Shown here in pieces: positions 45,175 to 57,791 of a stretch of 64,000 nt of DNA (the stretch's first letter is position 1; each line of letters begins with the position of its first letter). Location: NCBI GenBank assembly GCA_027493615.1, contig JAOSKK010000038.1:907333-971332 (forward strand), written 5' to 3'. The DNA is from Verrucomicrobiota bacterium. GTDB taxonomy: Bacteria > Verrucomicrobiota > Verrucomicrobiia > Limisphaerales > J093. The notes under the pieces were generated by a model. That model was not told where the DNA came from, made no database searches, and saw only the letters and a program-made list of their open reading frames with translations. The position numbers and the translations under genes are program-made.

Positions 45175-47966
45175 TCAGTCGTCGTCGTCCGGGACCAGCG
45201 TGACCGCCCATTGCGGATAGGGGGCGTCGCTGCCCTTCATGGCGTGCCAGAGGATCCGATTCAGCACGTCCTCCGGACAGGCATCCACACGCCGGAAGTT
45301 GAGACGGCCGGACACCACGGCGTTGCGGCGCAGCAGGGGATCGCGGATGGCTTTCGGGTCCGGGTTCATCTCGTCCAACGGCACCTGGTTGGGAACCGCC
45401 ACAAAGGGCGTGAGGTCGGGCGTGTCGGTGAAGCAGTCGAACATGGGGGTGGCGCTGGCGTCGAACTGGTTCATGGGCGGCAGGCCGAGGATTTGCCCGA
45501 TGGTGCGCAGCACGCTGGTGGTGTTGTACTGGGTGCTGACGCGGACGCCGCGCCGTGCATACGGGCTGGCCACGTAGGCTGTGGTGCGGTAGCCGCTGAC
45601 GTGGTCGAAGCCGTTCTGCGGGTCGTCTTCGATGCCCAGGATGACCATGTCCTTCCAGAACCGGCTGTGGCTGAGCCCCTCGACGATGCGACCGAAGGCG
45701 AGGTCGTTGTCGGCCACGGTGGCGGCCGGAGTCGGGCAGTTGCGGCTCGTGCCGCTGGTGTGGTCGTTCGGCAGGCAGATGATCACCAACTGCGGAAACT
45801 CCCCCTTCGCCTCGAATTCCTTGAGCTCCCGCAGGATGAAATCGGCGCGGTAGCCGTCCGGAACGGACATCTCCCAGCCCACGTAGTTCGTGGGGGAGAA
45901 GGGGCGGATGGACTCGATCATGGGGGTAGCTCTCGAAGATCACCTCGTTGGACTCGCCCCGCCAGGTGCGATAGCAGGCCAGGAAATCCGGCGTGCCTTT
46001 GCGGCCGTCCCGCCAGCGGACGTTCGGCGCCATGAACTCGCCGTAATTGCGGAGGCTGACGCCGTGCTGGACCGCCTTGTCCCAGAGGAAGCCCGCCGGC
46101 GAATAGGCGAGCGCGTCGTCCTCGTCCTCGCCCATGCCGTCCGGGTAGCTGCGCGGCCAGCCCGCGAAGGAACGCTCGAGGTAATCGGTGCCGAAGGCGC
46201 TGGTGCTCCACTGGTGGCCGTCGGCGCTGAGGATGCCGGCGCAATAGGTGTTGTCGAGGACCACGAACTGGCGGACGAGCTTGTGCTGGTTCGGAGTGAC
46301 GCGTTCGCCAAAGATGCAAAGGCGCGGGTCGCCCCGGCCCTCGGCCAGCGCGCCGAAGATCTGGTCGTAGGTCCGGTTCTCCTTGATGACGTAGACGACG
46401 TGCTTGATGAGGCTCGGCTCGCCGATGCGCTCGGGGATGGCGCGGGGGGCTGGTGGGGTCGGGCGGGCAAGAGGGCCTCGGCGATGCGCGCGCGGCGGAG
46501 GTTGTCGTAGACCGTCTGGGATAGCGTGGGGAGGTCGCGCGTCGCAGGCCGGGGCACGAGCGAGACCGACCCATGGTAATGGTGGGTGTTGAAGCCCTCA
46601 GCTCCCGGCGCGGCTCCCGCGGTCGTGTAGGGCTTCGGGTTCACCGGGTGCCCCTTGATGTTGGCGACGGCCAGTTGACGGCGGGCCGGGTCGAAGGCGA
46701 GCGCGCCGGGGTACCAGCCCACAGGGATGAGGCCCAGCAGGCGCGAACGCTTCCGGGCAGGCCGGAATTCGATCACGCCCACGGCGTTCTGCGTGCCGTT
46801 GGCCACGTAAAGGGTGCGACCGTCGGGGTGAACACGAGCGCGTTGGGCGAGGCGCCCAGCAGATCGCTCGGCTTGGCCTTGGCCCAAATGGTTTCGACGA
46901 CGGTGTCGCTGCGGGTATCGATGACGCTGAGGTTGTCCGACCCGGCGTTGGCACAGACGAGCCAGCGACGGTTCGGCGAAAGCGCGAGGGCGGACGCATG
47001 GAGGCCGGTGAGGATCTCTGCCGCCGGCGGCTCAACCCCCGGCGACGCCCCCTCCCCTTCCGACTTCGAACTTCGGCTCTCGCCCTTCGAGCTTCGCCCT
47101 GCGCCCTTCGCGCCCAATTCGACGACCGTGACCGAGCCTTCGCTGGCGATGTGGCGGACGGGGTCCACGCGCACCACGGTGCCGCGCCCGGCGGGGCCGG
47201 TGAGGTCGCCTTCCCCCGGCCGGCGACCGCCCCAGTTGCTGACGTAGGCCTTGTCCCCGAGCAGCACCACATCGAACGGTGCCACGCCGACCGCGAAGAC
47301 CCGCCGGACGCGGCCGGTGGCGACCTCGATTTCCAGCAGCGTGTTGGAAAGGTTGCCGCAGACGTACAGCCGTGCGCCGTCGGGGCTGATCGCCAACCCG
47401 GCGGGGATTTCCTCCTTGCGACGCGGGACATCAGCGGGCGGCAGAGCGATCGAATGCGAGCCCGTCACCTGTCCGTCCGGGCCGACCTGGAAGACCTTGA
47501 CGGAGCCGTTGACGTTGCTGAGGAAGATCCGGCGGCCGTCCGGCGAGAAGATCAGACCCGTATAGCTGAGCTGCCCTTTCGTGTCGGGCTGGAGGATGTT
47601 TGACGAAGGCTGCTCGGGCTGGGGTTCGTTCTGCTTCTCGGAGGGGAGGGGCACGCGCTGGCGGATCTCCCCGCTGACCGGGTCCAGCACGAGCAGTTCG
47701 CTGGTCTTGCCGGCGGTCACGAGCAGCGAACGGTCCGGCGACAACGCGATGGCTTGGGGACGGAGCCCGGGCAGCTCCACCTGCCGTCCGACAGGGGTGA
47801 GCACCTGGTTGACCGGCAAGACCGTCCGCTGGCCATCGGCCTGGCGTCCCACCCATTCGGTGTCCGGCGGGGCCGTCGGACTCGCGGTTGCAGCGGCGGG
47901 GAGGTTCGCTGGAGACAGGCTGGCGAGGACGAGCAGGGCGGGAAGAACGAAGCGCGAGGTAGTCAT
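45175..47966 (-). CDS. Bifunctional YncE-like beta-propeller / phosphoesterase (PLC-AcpA family) protein; frame broken about 3 times
   Basis: ORF 46773..47966 carries the signal peptide and the propeller repeats (LSPDRSLLVTAG, FSPDGRRIFLSN, ISPDGARLYVCG). The frame of 45940..46887 carries HPDGRTLYVANGTQNAVGVIEF. The frame of 45017..46264 carries VVLDNTYCAGILSADGHQWSTSA. ORF 45175..45921 carries LVIICLPNDHTSG and ILGIEDDPQNGFDHV. Confidence 0.85.
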
Positions 47967-47994
47967 GGGTTCACTTGGTTAAGCACGACGCCGC

Positions 47995-48502
47995 TCAGAA
48001 GCCGGCACGGGCGAGTTCGCGTTCCAGGGCGATCTGGAACTCCTGCATGTCCTGCGCCGGCGGACGGTAGCCGGGTTCGGACGGGGCCACGCTCAGGCGG
48101 CCCAGTTCGTCCACCAACCACTTGCCGGTCTTGCCGTCGCTGAAGGTGACGCCGCCGCTGACCATGGCACCGGGCTGGGTCAACTGGTCCACGGTGATGG
48201 CCACCCGGCCCCGGGCGGACGGGGGGCCGCCGGCGGGAGGTGGCGGGGGGACGACGGCCCCGCCGGGCCCGGGGACGCCCTGAAGCGCCCGGAGACGGCG
48301 GAGCGCCGAGGGTGGGCGTGGGCTCGACCGGTTCCCGATCCTTGGGCACGAGATTCAGATCGCTGATCAGGAGTTTGAGCTCGAGATAGGTCAGCGACAC
48401 ACCTTGCTCCCGGTTCAGGCGGTTCTGGATCTCGGCCAGTTGCAGGCCCTCACGCAGCCAGGCGCGCACCTGGTCCTTCTGGGCGTCGGTCAACGTCGTC
48501 AT
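47995..48502 (-). CDS. Hypothetical protein; one frame break in a low-complexity linker
   Basis: The N-terminal part is from ORF 47963..48502 (MTTLTDAQKDQVRAWLREGLQLAEIQNRLNREQGVSLTYLELKLLISDLNL). The C-terminal part is from ORF 47995..48204 (ITVDQLTQPGAMVSGGVTFSDGKTGKWLVDELGRLSV...). Confidence 0.45.
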
Positions 48503-48610
48503 CGTGGAGGGCTATTCGGCGCGAAGGGCGGGCGGGCTTCAACTGTTTTCTGCCGCCGGTTGCCGACTTCAGCCCGGGGATTTCATGCCCGGCGTGAAAG
48601 CGCGACCGAC

Positions 48611-48708
48611 TGTAGGCGCCGACGTGAGGAGGCATGGTGGTAGGCGCCGACGTGAGGAGGCGAGGGGGCCAGGGGGTAATACCCTCCGCCTCCTCACGTC
48701 GGCGCCTA
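48611..48708. repeat. REP-like element: two direct copies and one inverted copy of a 22-nt motif GTAGGCGCCGACGTGAGGAGGC
   Basis: Copies lie at 48611-48632 and 48639-48660 (direct) and at 48687-48708 (reverse complement). The last two can form a hairpin of at least 22 bp. The element is intergenic, between the divergent genes 47995..48502 (-) and 48821..50194 (+). Confidence 0.85.
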
Positions 48709-48820
48709 CGGCGGTGTGGACCTCCCGCCAGCGTGTGGAGGTGTGGAGAAGGCGTGCGGTTCGGGCTCGCCAAGTTCGGGAGGCTGTCTACAGTGCGCCC
48801 CGTCCACCATTCAACGAGTC

Positions 48821-50194
48821 ATGAAGAACACTGAACCCACTCCTGTTTCTGTCTTGCACGAAGGCACCACGCGTCGCGAGTTCCTGGCCCGCACCGGGCA
48901 AGCGGCGGCGGTTTCGGCCCTGGCGGGTGTGAGCCTGCCGTGGGTGCACGCGGCCGAGGACAACACCATCCGGCTGGCACTGATCGGCTGCGGCGGCCGG
49001 GGAACCGGCGCGGCGGCGAACGCGCTGGAGGCGCCGGGGGTCCGACCAAGCTGGTGGCCATGGCGGACTTGTTCGAAGACCGGCTGAACCGTTCCTACCA
49101 GAATCTACGCGAGAAGTACGGCGAACGCGTCGAGGCACCGGCGGACCGCCGGTTTGTGGGGTTCGACGCTTACCGGAAGGCAATCGACTGCCTGCGCCCG
49201 GGTGACGTGGCGCTCTGCACCACGCACGCGGCGTTTCGGCCGCGGCACGTCGAGTATGCCATCGAGAAAGGCGTGCACGTGTTCATGGAGAAGACGTTTG
49301 CGCCCGACCCGGGCGGGATCAAACGGATCCTGCGGGCGGGGGAAGCGGCGGAGAAGAAGGGGCTCAAGATCGGCGCGGGGGTGATGTGCCGTCACTCGAC
49401 CGCGCGGCAGGCATTGATCCAGCAGATCCGGGACGGGGCGATGGGCGACATCCAGTTGATCCGGGCGTACCGGATGGATTCCGGCTATCGGATGGGGCGG
49501 CTCAACCCGCAGCCGAGCGAGCTGCTCGCCCAGATCCGTATCCCGTATCAGTTTTTCTGGGCCTCCTCCGGCATCTTCATCGAGCTGATGATTCACCAGA
49601 TCGACGAGTGTTGCTGGATTAAGGACGGCTGGCCGGTCAGCGCCCACGGCGTGGGCGGTCGCGGCCCGGACAGCACGGACTGCGCCCAGAACTTCGACAC
49701 GTACTCGATCGAATACACGTTTGCGGACGGCACCAAGGCGCTGGTCACCGGCCGGTACATTCCGAAATGCCACAACGATTTCGCGACCTTCGTGCACGGG
49801 ACCAAGTGTGCCGCCCAGTTCTCCGGGGACATCCATGCTCCGACGGTGCAACGCTACAAGGACCAGCGGATCGAGCGGTCGAACATCGCGTGGCGGCCCG
49901 AGCGGGAGACGGTCGATCCGTGGCAGGCCGAGTGGAACGTGCTGCTGGATGCCATCCGGAACAACAAACCCCACAACGAAGCCAAGCGGGCGGCCTACTC
50001 CGAATCTGGCAGCGATCATGGGGCGGGCCGCGGTGCACTCGGGTCAGATCATCACCTGGGAAGAGGCGGTGGCCTCCGACTTCATGTTTTGTCCGGACGT
50101 GGACCGGCTGAACGAATCCAGCCCCGCACCCGTGACCGCCGATGCCAACGGCCGTTACCCGGCGCCGGTGCCGGGGGTGTGGCGGGAGATCTGA
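48821..50194 (+). CDS. Gfo/Idh/MocA-family oxidoreductase with Tat signal; frame broken about twice
   Basis: The start is MKNTEPTPVSVLHEGTTRREFLARTGQAAAVSALAG, then IRLALIGCGGRGTGAA (Rossmann motif). It continues in ORF 48940..50271 (VAMADLFEDRLN...EKGVHVFMEKTFA) and in the tail frame of ORF 49721..50194 (GRAAVHSGQIITWEEA...). Confidence 0.85.
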
Positions 50195-50267
50195 GGCGGC
50201 GGCGAGTCACCGTCACCTCCCCGCCACGGCGCTGGCGACGGGAAGGGTACGCTGCTAAGCTGGGCCG

Positions 50268-50531
50268 GTGAAGGCGAAGTCCAGGAACCAGCCGCGGGCA
50301 CCCGCGGGAACCACACCGGTTCCCGCGTGCCTGCGGGCGTTCGCCTGGAATCTCGGGGACCGGGTGGGCGAGACGGGCCGCCGCCAGATCGCCCTGAACG
50401 TGATCGAGCGGGGCCGCGCCTGGCACTGGAGCCGGCTGCCTAAGGGCTGGTTTGACCTCGAGTACTGCCTTCGCCACGGGCAACGCCGCACGCGCGCCGC
50501 GCTGAGAAGTCTATTCGGAGCGGAGCCATGA
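50268..50531 (+). CDS. Hypothetical protein, positional candidate for the cognate antitoxin/partner of the downstream nucleotidyltransferase
   Basis: 87-aa ORF whose stop overlaps the next ATG (ATGA at 50528-50531). No family recognised. Confidence 0.4.
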   Translation: MKAKSRNQPRAPAGTTPVPACLRAFAWNLGDRVGETGRRQIALNVIERGRAWHWSRLPKGWFDLEYCLRHGQRRTRAALRSLFGAEP

Positions 50532-51281
50532 AGCGGCCGGCGGACCTTGAGGCGATCGTGCGGGTTTTTGCCGAGGTGCCCGCGCTGGCTGCGGCCGGCG
50601 CGCTGGGGAGCCACGGCGTTGCATCATGAACACCTCGAAAACCAGCTCGGCCGATTCAGCTTCGACATTGACCTTCAAACCAGGACTGAGGAGCTCGAAA
50701 CGGTGCACCGCCGTCTCGAAGCGGCGTCCCCCAAGCTGCGCCTCCTCAGTCGACTCAACGAGGGCCTCTACCAGTACGAAGCCCGGGCGGGTCGACGAGT
50801 TGTCCGGGTGGAACTCGCAAGGCCCTACCTCCGCCACCGCCGCCGCTACGAGCCCAGCCGCCACGTGCCGGGGCTGGAAGTGGTCGCGCTGGCCGACCTG
50901 CTGTTTGCCAAGGTGTCGGCATTTTCGACGCGAGGCTTTCCCCGCGATTTTATTGATCTTTTTGCGGCCAGCACGGAGAAGCGAATCGACTGGGACAAAC
51001 TCCTTGCCGCCGCGGCACGTGCCGAGGACAACGACTACAATCCGGCGGAGTTCGCGACGCGGATCAGTGAACAGCTCAGGGCAATTCGCGATGGCGGCTT
51101 CTTCGAGGATCTGCCGGTGCGGCGATCGCCTTCGGTGGGGGAACTCGAGGCCTTCGCGGGGCAGCTCGCCAGGGCCAACGGGCGCGTGGCCGAAGCGCTG
51201 TTGGGACAGAGCCACCTCGCGCCACCGGCTTCGTGGAGCGTGCGCAGACCCCGAGCGACCGCAGATGGGGAAAGAGAGTGA
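50528..51281 (+). CDS. Nucleotidyltransferase AbiEii/AbiGii toxin family (DUF1814-like) protein; one frame break near 50600
   Basis: The ATG at 50528 gives MKRPADLEAIVRVFAEVPALAAAGALGS. After a shift the sequence reads GATALHHEHLENQLGRFSFDIDLQT (GGTAL ... R-x-S-x-DID pattern). Later comes DLLFAKVSAFSTRGFPRDFIDLF (RD-x-x-D pattern). The 3' end runs into the first unit of the tandem array. Confidence 0.6.
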
Positions 51282-52700
51282 GCTGTTCCGGGGGCGGGTT
51301 CGAGGGAGATTCCGTTGGCGGGGGCTCTGAATCGGCGGGAGGAGGATTCGGGGAGTGGTCCCGCAGATTCAAAGCGACCGCAGATTGGGCAGGATGGTGG
51401 ACTGTTCCGGGGACGGGTTCGAGGGAGGTTCCATCGGCGGGGGCTCTGAATCGGCGGGGTGAAGGTACGGGGAATGGCCCCGCAGATTCAAAGCGACCGC
51501 AGATCGAGCAGGATGGTGGACTGTTCCGGGGACGGGTTCGAGGGAGATTCCATCGGCGGGGGCTCTGAATCGGTGGGAGGAAGATTCGGGGAGTGGCCCC
51601 GCAGATTCAAAGCGACCGCAGATCGAGCAGGGTGGTGGACTGTTCCGGGGACGGGTTCGGGGGAGATTCCATCGGCGGGGGCTCTGAATCGGCGGGGTGA
51701 AGGTACGGGGAATGGCCCCGCAGATTCAAAGCGACCGCAGATCGAGCAGGATGGTGGACTGTTCCGGGGACGGGTTCGAGGGAGATTCCATCGGCGGGGG
51801 CTCTGAATCGGTGGGAGGAAGATTCGGGGAGTGGCCCCGCAGATTCAAAGCGACCGCAGATCGAGCAGGGTGGTGGACTGTTCCGGGGACGGGTTCGGGG
51901 AGATTCCATCGGCGGGGGCTCTGAATCGGCGGGGTGAAGGTACGGGGAATGGCCCCGCAGATTCAAAGCGACCGCAGATCGAGCAGGATGGTGGACTGTT
52001 CCGGGGACGGGTTCGGGGGAGATTCCGTTGGCGGGGGCTGTGAATCGGTGGGAGGAAGATTCGGGGAGTGGTCCCGCAGATTCAAAGCGACCGCAGATTG
52101 GGCAGGAGGGTGGACTGTTCCGGGGACGGGTTCGAGGGAGATTCCGTTGGCGGGGGCTCTGAATCGGTGGGATGAAAGGTCCGGGGAATGGCCCCGCAGA
52201 TTCAAAGCGACCGCAGATGCGGCGAGAGGGTGGACTGTTCCGGGGACGGGTTCGAGTCAGGTTCCATCGGCGGGGGCTCTGAATCGGCGGGAGGAGAATT
52301 CGGGGAGTGGCCCCGCAGATTCAAAGCGACCGCAGATTGGGCAGGAGGGTGGGCTGTTACGGGGACGGGTTCGAGGGAGATTCCATCGGCGGGGGCTCTG
52401 AATCGGTGGGAGGAGGATTCGGGGAGTGGCACCGCAGATTCAAAGCGACCGCAGATTGGGGAGGAGAGTGGACTGTTCCGGGGACGGGTTCGAGGGAGGT
52501 TCCATCGGCGGGGGCTCTGAATCGGTGGGGAGGAGGATTCGGGGAGTGGCCCCGCAGATTCAAAGCGACCGCAGATTGGGCAGGAGGGTGGACTGTTCCG
52601 GGGACGGGCCCGAGGGAGATTCCATCGGCGGGGGCTCTGAATCGGTGGGAGGAAGATTCGGGGAGTGGCCCCCGCAGATTCAAAGCGACCGCAGATGGGT
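51243..52700. repeat. Tandem array, about 12.2 copies of a 118-120-bp unit with two alternating subtypes
   Basis: The unit-start motif cgcagattcaaagcgaccgcagat occurs at 51362, 51481, 51600, 51719, 51838, 51956, 52075, 52195, 52314, 52433, 52553 and 52673. A degenerate first unit starts at 51243. Unit tails alternate between ggcggggtgaaggtacggggaatggcc and ggtgggaggaagattcggggagtggcc in the central copies. Confidence 0.95.
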
Positions 52701-52835
52701 GGCCCACCAAGGCGAGGTGCGCCCAGACCCCGCCGAGCCTGTGCGTTCCCAGTCGTCCAAGCCAAGAATGGGAGCCGCTGGGGGAGCGGGCTTCCGCGTT
52801 GCGCCGGGGCGGGAGGCCCTTATCCTTTCCGCCCT

Positions 52836-54104
52836 ATGAAACCTCTTACCTGCTTCGGGTCCGTCCTCTTGCTCGGCTGTCTCGCGCCGGCCCTCGCCCA
52901 ACCATGGAACGTCCGCGATTTCGGCGCGGTGGGCGACGGGACGACGGATGACACGGCCGCGTTCCAGAAGGCCCTGGACGCGGCGGCGGCGGCGGGCGGG
53001 GGCACCGTGCTGGCGCCGCGGGGCAACTACCTCTTCGCCGGTTCGCTTAACGTCCCGCCCGCCGTCACCCTGCGCGGCGTGTGGGAGTCGGTGCCGGCGC
53101 ACAACGGGATCCGGGACGCCGGCTTGCCGAAACCGACGGATGACGGCACGACGTTCCTGGTGACCGGCGGGGCCGGCAGCGAGGAAGGCCCGCCGTTTCT
53201 CACGCTCACCCACAACAGCACGCTCAAGGGCGTGGTGCTGTACTATCCGAACCAAAAGGTGGACGACGTGCCCGAGGCCTATCCCTGGGCCATCGCCATG
53301 CGGGGCAAGAACCCCGCCGTGCTCGCCGTCGAGCTCCTCAACCCCTACAACGGCATCAACACCACCGGGAGCGAACGGCACCTGATCCGCGACGTGCACG
53401 GCCAACCGCTGCGCCGCGGGGTGTATGTGGATCAGATCTACGACATCGGCCGGATCGAGAACGTCCATTTCAACCCGTGGTGGAGCATGAAGCCCAAGCT
53501 GTTCCAATGGCAGATGGCCAACGGCGAGGCCTTCATCTTCGGGCGCACCGACTGGCAGTACGTGTTCAACACCTTCTGCTTCGGGTACAACGTGGGGTAC
53601 AAATTCATCAAGACCCGCGCGCGGGCTTCTGCAACGGCAATTTCCCTCGGGCTCGGCGCGGATGACTGCCAGACGGCGCTGGTCGTCGAAGACTCGGCCC
53701 CCTACGGGCTCCTGATCACCAACGGCGAGTTTGTCAGCTTCCACGGTCCGGACCCGACGATGATCGACGTGCGCGCCTCGAACACCGGCAGCGTGCGGTT
53801 TGTGAACTGCGCCTTCTGGGGTCCGTGCCACCAAATCGCGAAGGTGGCGGGCCGGGGGACGGTGGGATTCAGCGATTGCACGTTTGTGCAATGGGACGCG
53901 AAGAAGGAAGGGCGGCACGCGATCCAGGCCAGCGGCGGGACGGTCCTGGTACGCGGCTGCGAGTTCCGCGAGGCCAAGGCGCACATCGAACTGGGGGAAG
54001 GCGTGCGGCGGGCGGTGATCACCGACAACATCTTCACGGGCCCGGCGCGGGTGACCAACCGGAGCGAGGGCCGGATCCAGGTGGCGAACAACGTGGGCGA
54101 GTAA
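52836..54104 (+). CDS. Secreted right-handed beta-helix protein (pectate-lyase-superfamily / GH28-GH55-related)
   Basis: ATG at 52836, then a signal peptide. WNVRDFGAVGDGTTDDTAAFQKALDAAAAAGGGTVLAPRGNY is the canonical Pectate_lyase_3-type N-terminus. Confidence 0.8.
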   Translation: MKPLTCFGSVLLLGCLAPALAQPWNVRDFGAVGDGTTDDTAAFQKALDAAAAAGGGTVLAPRGNYLFAGSLNVPPAVTLRGVWESVPAHNGIRDAGLPKPTDDGTTFLVTGGAGSEEGPPFLTLTHNSTLKGVVLYYPNQKVDDVPEAYPWAIAMRGKNPAVLAVELLNPYNGINTTGSERHLIRDVHGQPLRRGVYVDQIYDIGRIENVHFNPWWSMKPKLFQWQMANGEAFIFGRTDWQYVFNTFCFGYNVGYKFIKTRARASATAISLGLGADDCQTALVVEDSAPYGLLITNGEFVSFHGPDPTMIDVRASNTGSVRFVNCAFWGPCHQIAKVAGRGTVGFSDCTFVQWDAKKEGRHAIQASGGTVLVRGCEFREAKAHIELGEGVRRAVITDNIFTGPARVTNRSEGRIQVANNVGE

Positions 54105-54110
54105 AGCGAA

Positions 54111-54143
54111 GCGGCCACCGACGCGAAACGCGCCGGTGGCCGC
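54111..54143. terminator. Hairpin between convergent genes (bidirectional terminator candidate)
   Basis: Left arm gcggccaccg (54111-54120), 13-nt loop, right arm cggtggccgc (54134-54143). It lies between the stop at 54104 (+) and the hppA 3' end. Confidence 0.5.
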
Positions 54144-54191
54144 GGAGTCCCACCGCCGGCCCGGGGGAGGCGCAGCGGTAAGGGTCGGGCG

Positions 54192-56795
<2,604 letters not shown>

Positions 56796-56804
56796 AGGTT
56801 CGGT

Positions 56805-57587
56805 TCAGTTGGTTCCATTACACGTGCCAAATGCCGGTCCCATGGACCGGCAAACATCTTGTGGAGGTATTTGAACCGCTGCACTCCAGTCAAGCCAGTT
56901 CCCAAAACAGACTAATTGCGGCTGCACCAGCCGCGTCAGCCGGCGCGGGCAGTGCAGCGTGACGGTGCTGCCCCGGACCGACAGGAGGTTCTGGGCACGA
57001 AGTTTGGCCACCGTCCGCGACAGCGTCTCGCTCACCGTGCCCAGCTCGGCAGCGAGCACGCGCTTGGTCGAGGGCAGGCGGATGTGAATCGGGCGCCGGC
57101 TCCGGGGGTCCGGGCATTGCTGCAGCAACCAGTGGGCGAGCCGGGTCTTGACGTCCTTCAGGGTCAGGTCGTCGAGCAGGCTGACCAGAATCCGGAGGTG
57201 CCGGCTCATCGCGCGCAACAGCCCGAGGGCCAGCTCGGGTTCGCGGTGGAGCAGTTCGAGCACGCCCGCCTTGCGAACCAACAACACCTCAGAGGGTTCG
57301 GTGGCGCAAGCGCCGGTGTCGTGGCCCCGCTCGGCGAGCAGCGCCTCCTCGGCGAAAGAGTCCGGCGCCCGGTACATATGGAGCACCTGCTCGCGGCCCA
57401 GCGCGTTGACACGGTGCACCTTGATCGCACCGTCCACCACGACGTACATGCCCTGCACCGGCGAGCCCTCGTGGAACAGGAATTCGCCCGGGCCCAGCCG
57501 CCGGGGCGTCGTCACCGCCGCAATCTCGCGGAGCAGGGCCGGCCGGCAGGTCGCAAACAGCGGGCACCGCCGGAGCGGACGGGCCAT
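56805..57587 (-). CDS. Crp/Fnr-family transcriptional regulator
   Basis: From the ATG at 57587 (MARPLRRCPLFA). The cNMP-binding-like domain includes FLFHEGSPVQGMYVVVDGAIKVHR. The C-terminal HTH reads STKRVLAAELGTVSETLSRTVAKLR. Confidence 0.85.
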   Translation of the reverse strand: MARPLRRCPLFATCRPALLREIAAVTTPRRLGPGEFLFHEGSPVQGMYVVVDGAIKVHRVNALGREQVLHMYRAPDSFAEEALLAERGHDTGACATEPSEVLLVRKAGVLELLHREPELALGLLRAMSRHLRILVSLLDDLTLKDVKTRLAHWLLQQCPDPRSRRPIHIRLPSTKRVLAAELGTVSETLSRTVAKLRAQNLLSVRGSTVTLHCPRRLTRLVQPQLVCFGNWLDWSAAVQIPPQDVCRSMGPAFGTCNGTN

Positions 57588-57737
57588 CGTGACGGGGCGC
57601 CGGGACTGGGGAGGCGCAGCCATGGAACCGCCAGTCTAGGCGGATGCCAGGCCGCCGCTCAGCGTTTCTTGACATTCTGTGCCCGTATTTTGTCCCGGAC
57701 CGCACAGCCCCGACGCCACCGGGAGCCGCGCGGGACC

Positions 57738-57759
57738 GCAGGCGCCGACGTGAGGAGGC
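57738..57759. repeat. Solitary copy of the 22-nt REP-like motif
   Basis: gcaggcgccgacgtgaggaggc differs from the motif at 48611 by 1 nt. It lies in the spacer between the crp-like start and the 3' end of the hydrolase-NamZ gene. Confidence 0.6.
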
Positions 57760-57791
57760 GAACCGCGCTGCTTGGACGGACCTGAGAAGCC

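Noticed and set aside
51243-52700. The tandem array as a CRISPR locus.
   Set aside because: The whole 119-bp unit repeats, with only point differences and two alternating variants. There are no unique spacers, no short repeats of 28-37 nt, and no cas genes in the window.
51243-52951. The tandem array as the gene for a repetitive protein (track ORFs of 70-214 aa on both strands).
   Set aside because: The unit length of 118-120 bp is not a multiple of 3, so any reading frame rotates every unit. Each unit carries a TGA in one frame on each strand, which truncates every ORF. The ORFs are mutually overlapping on both strands.
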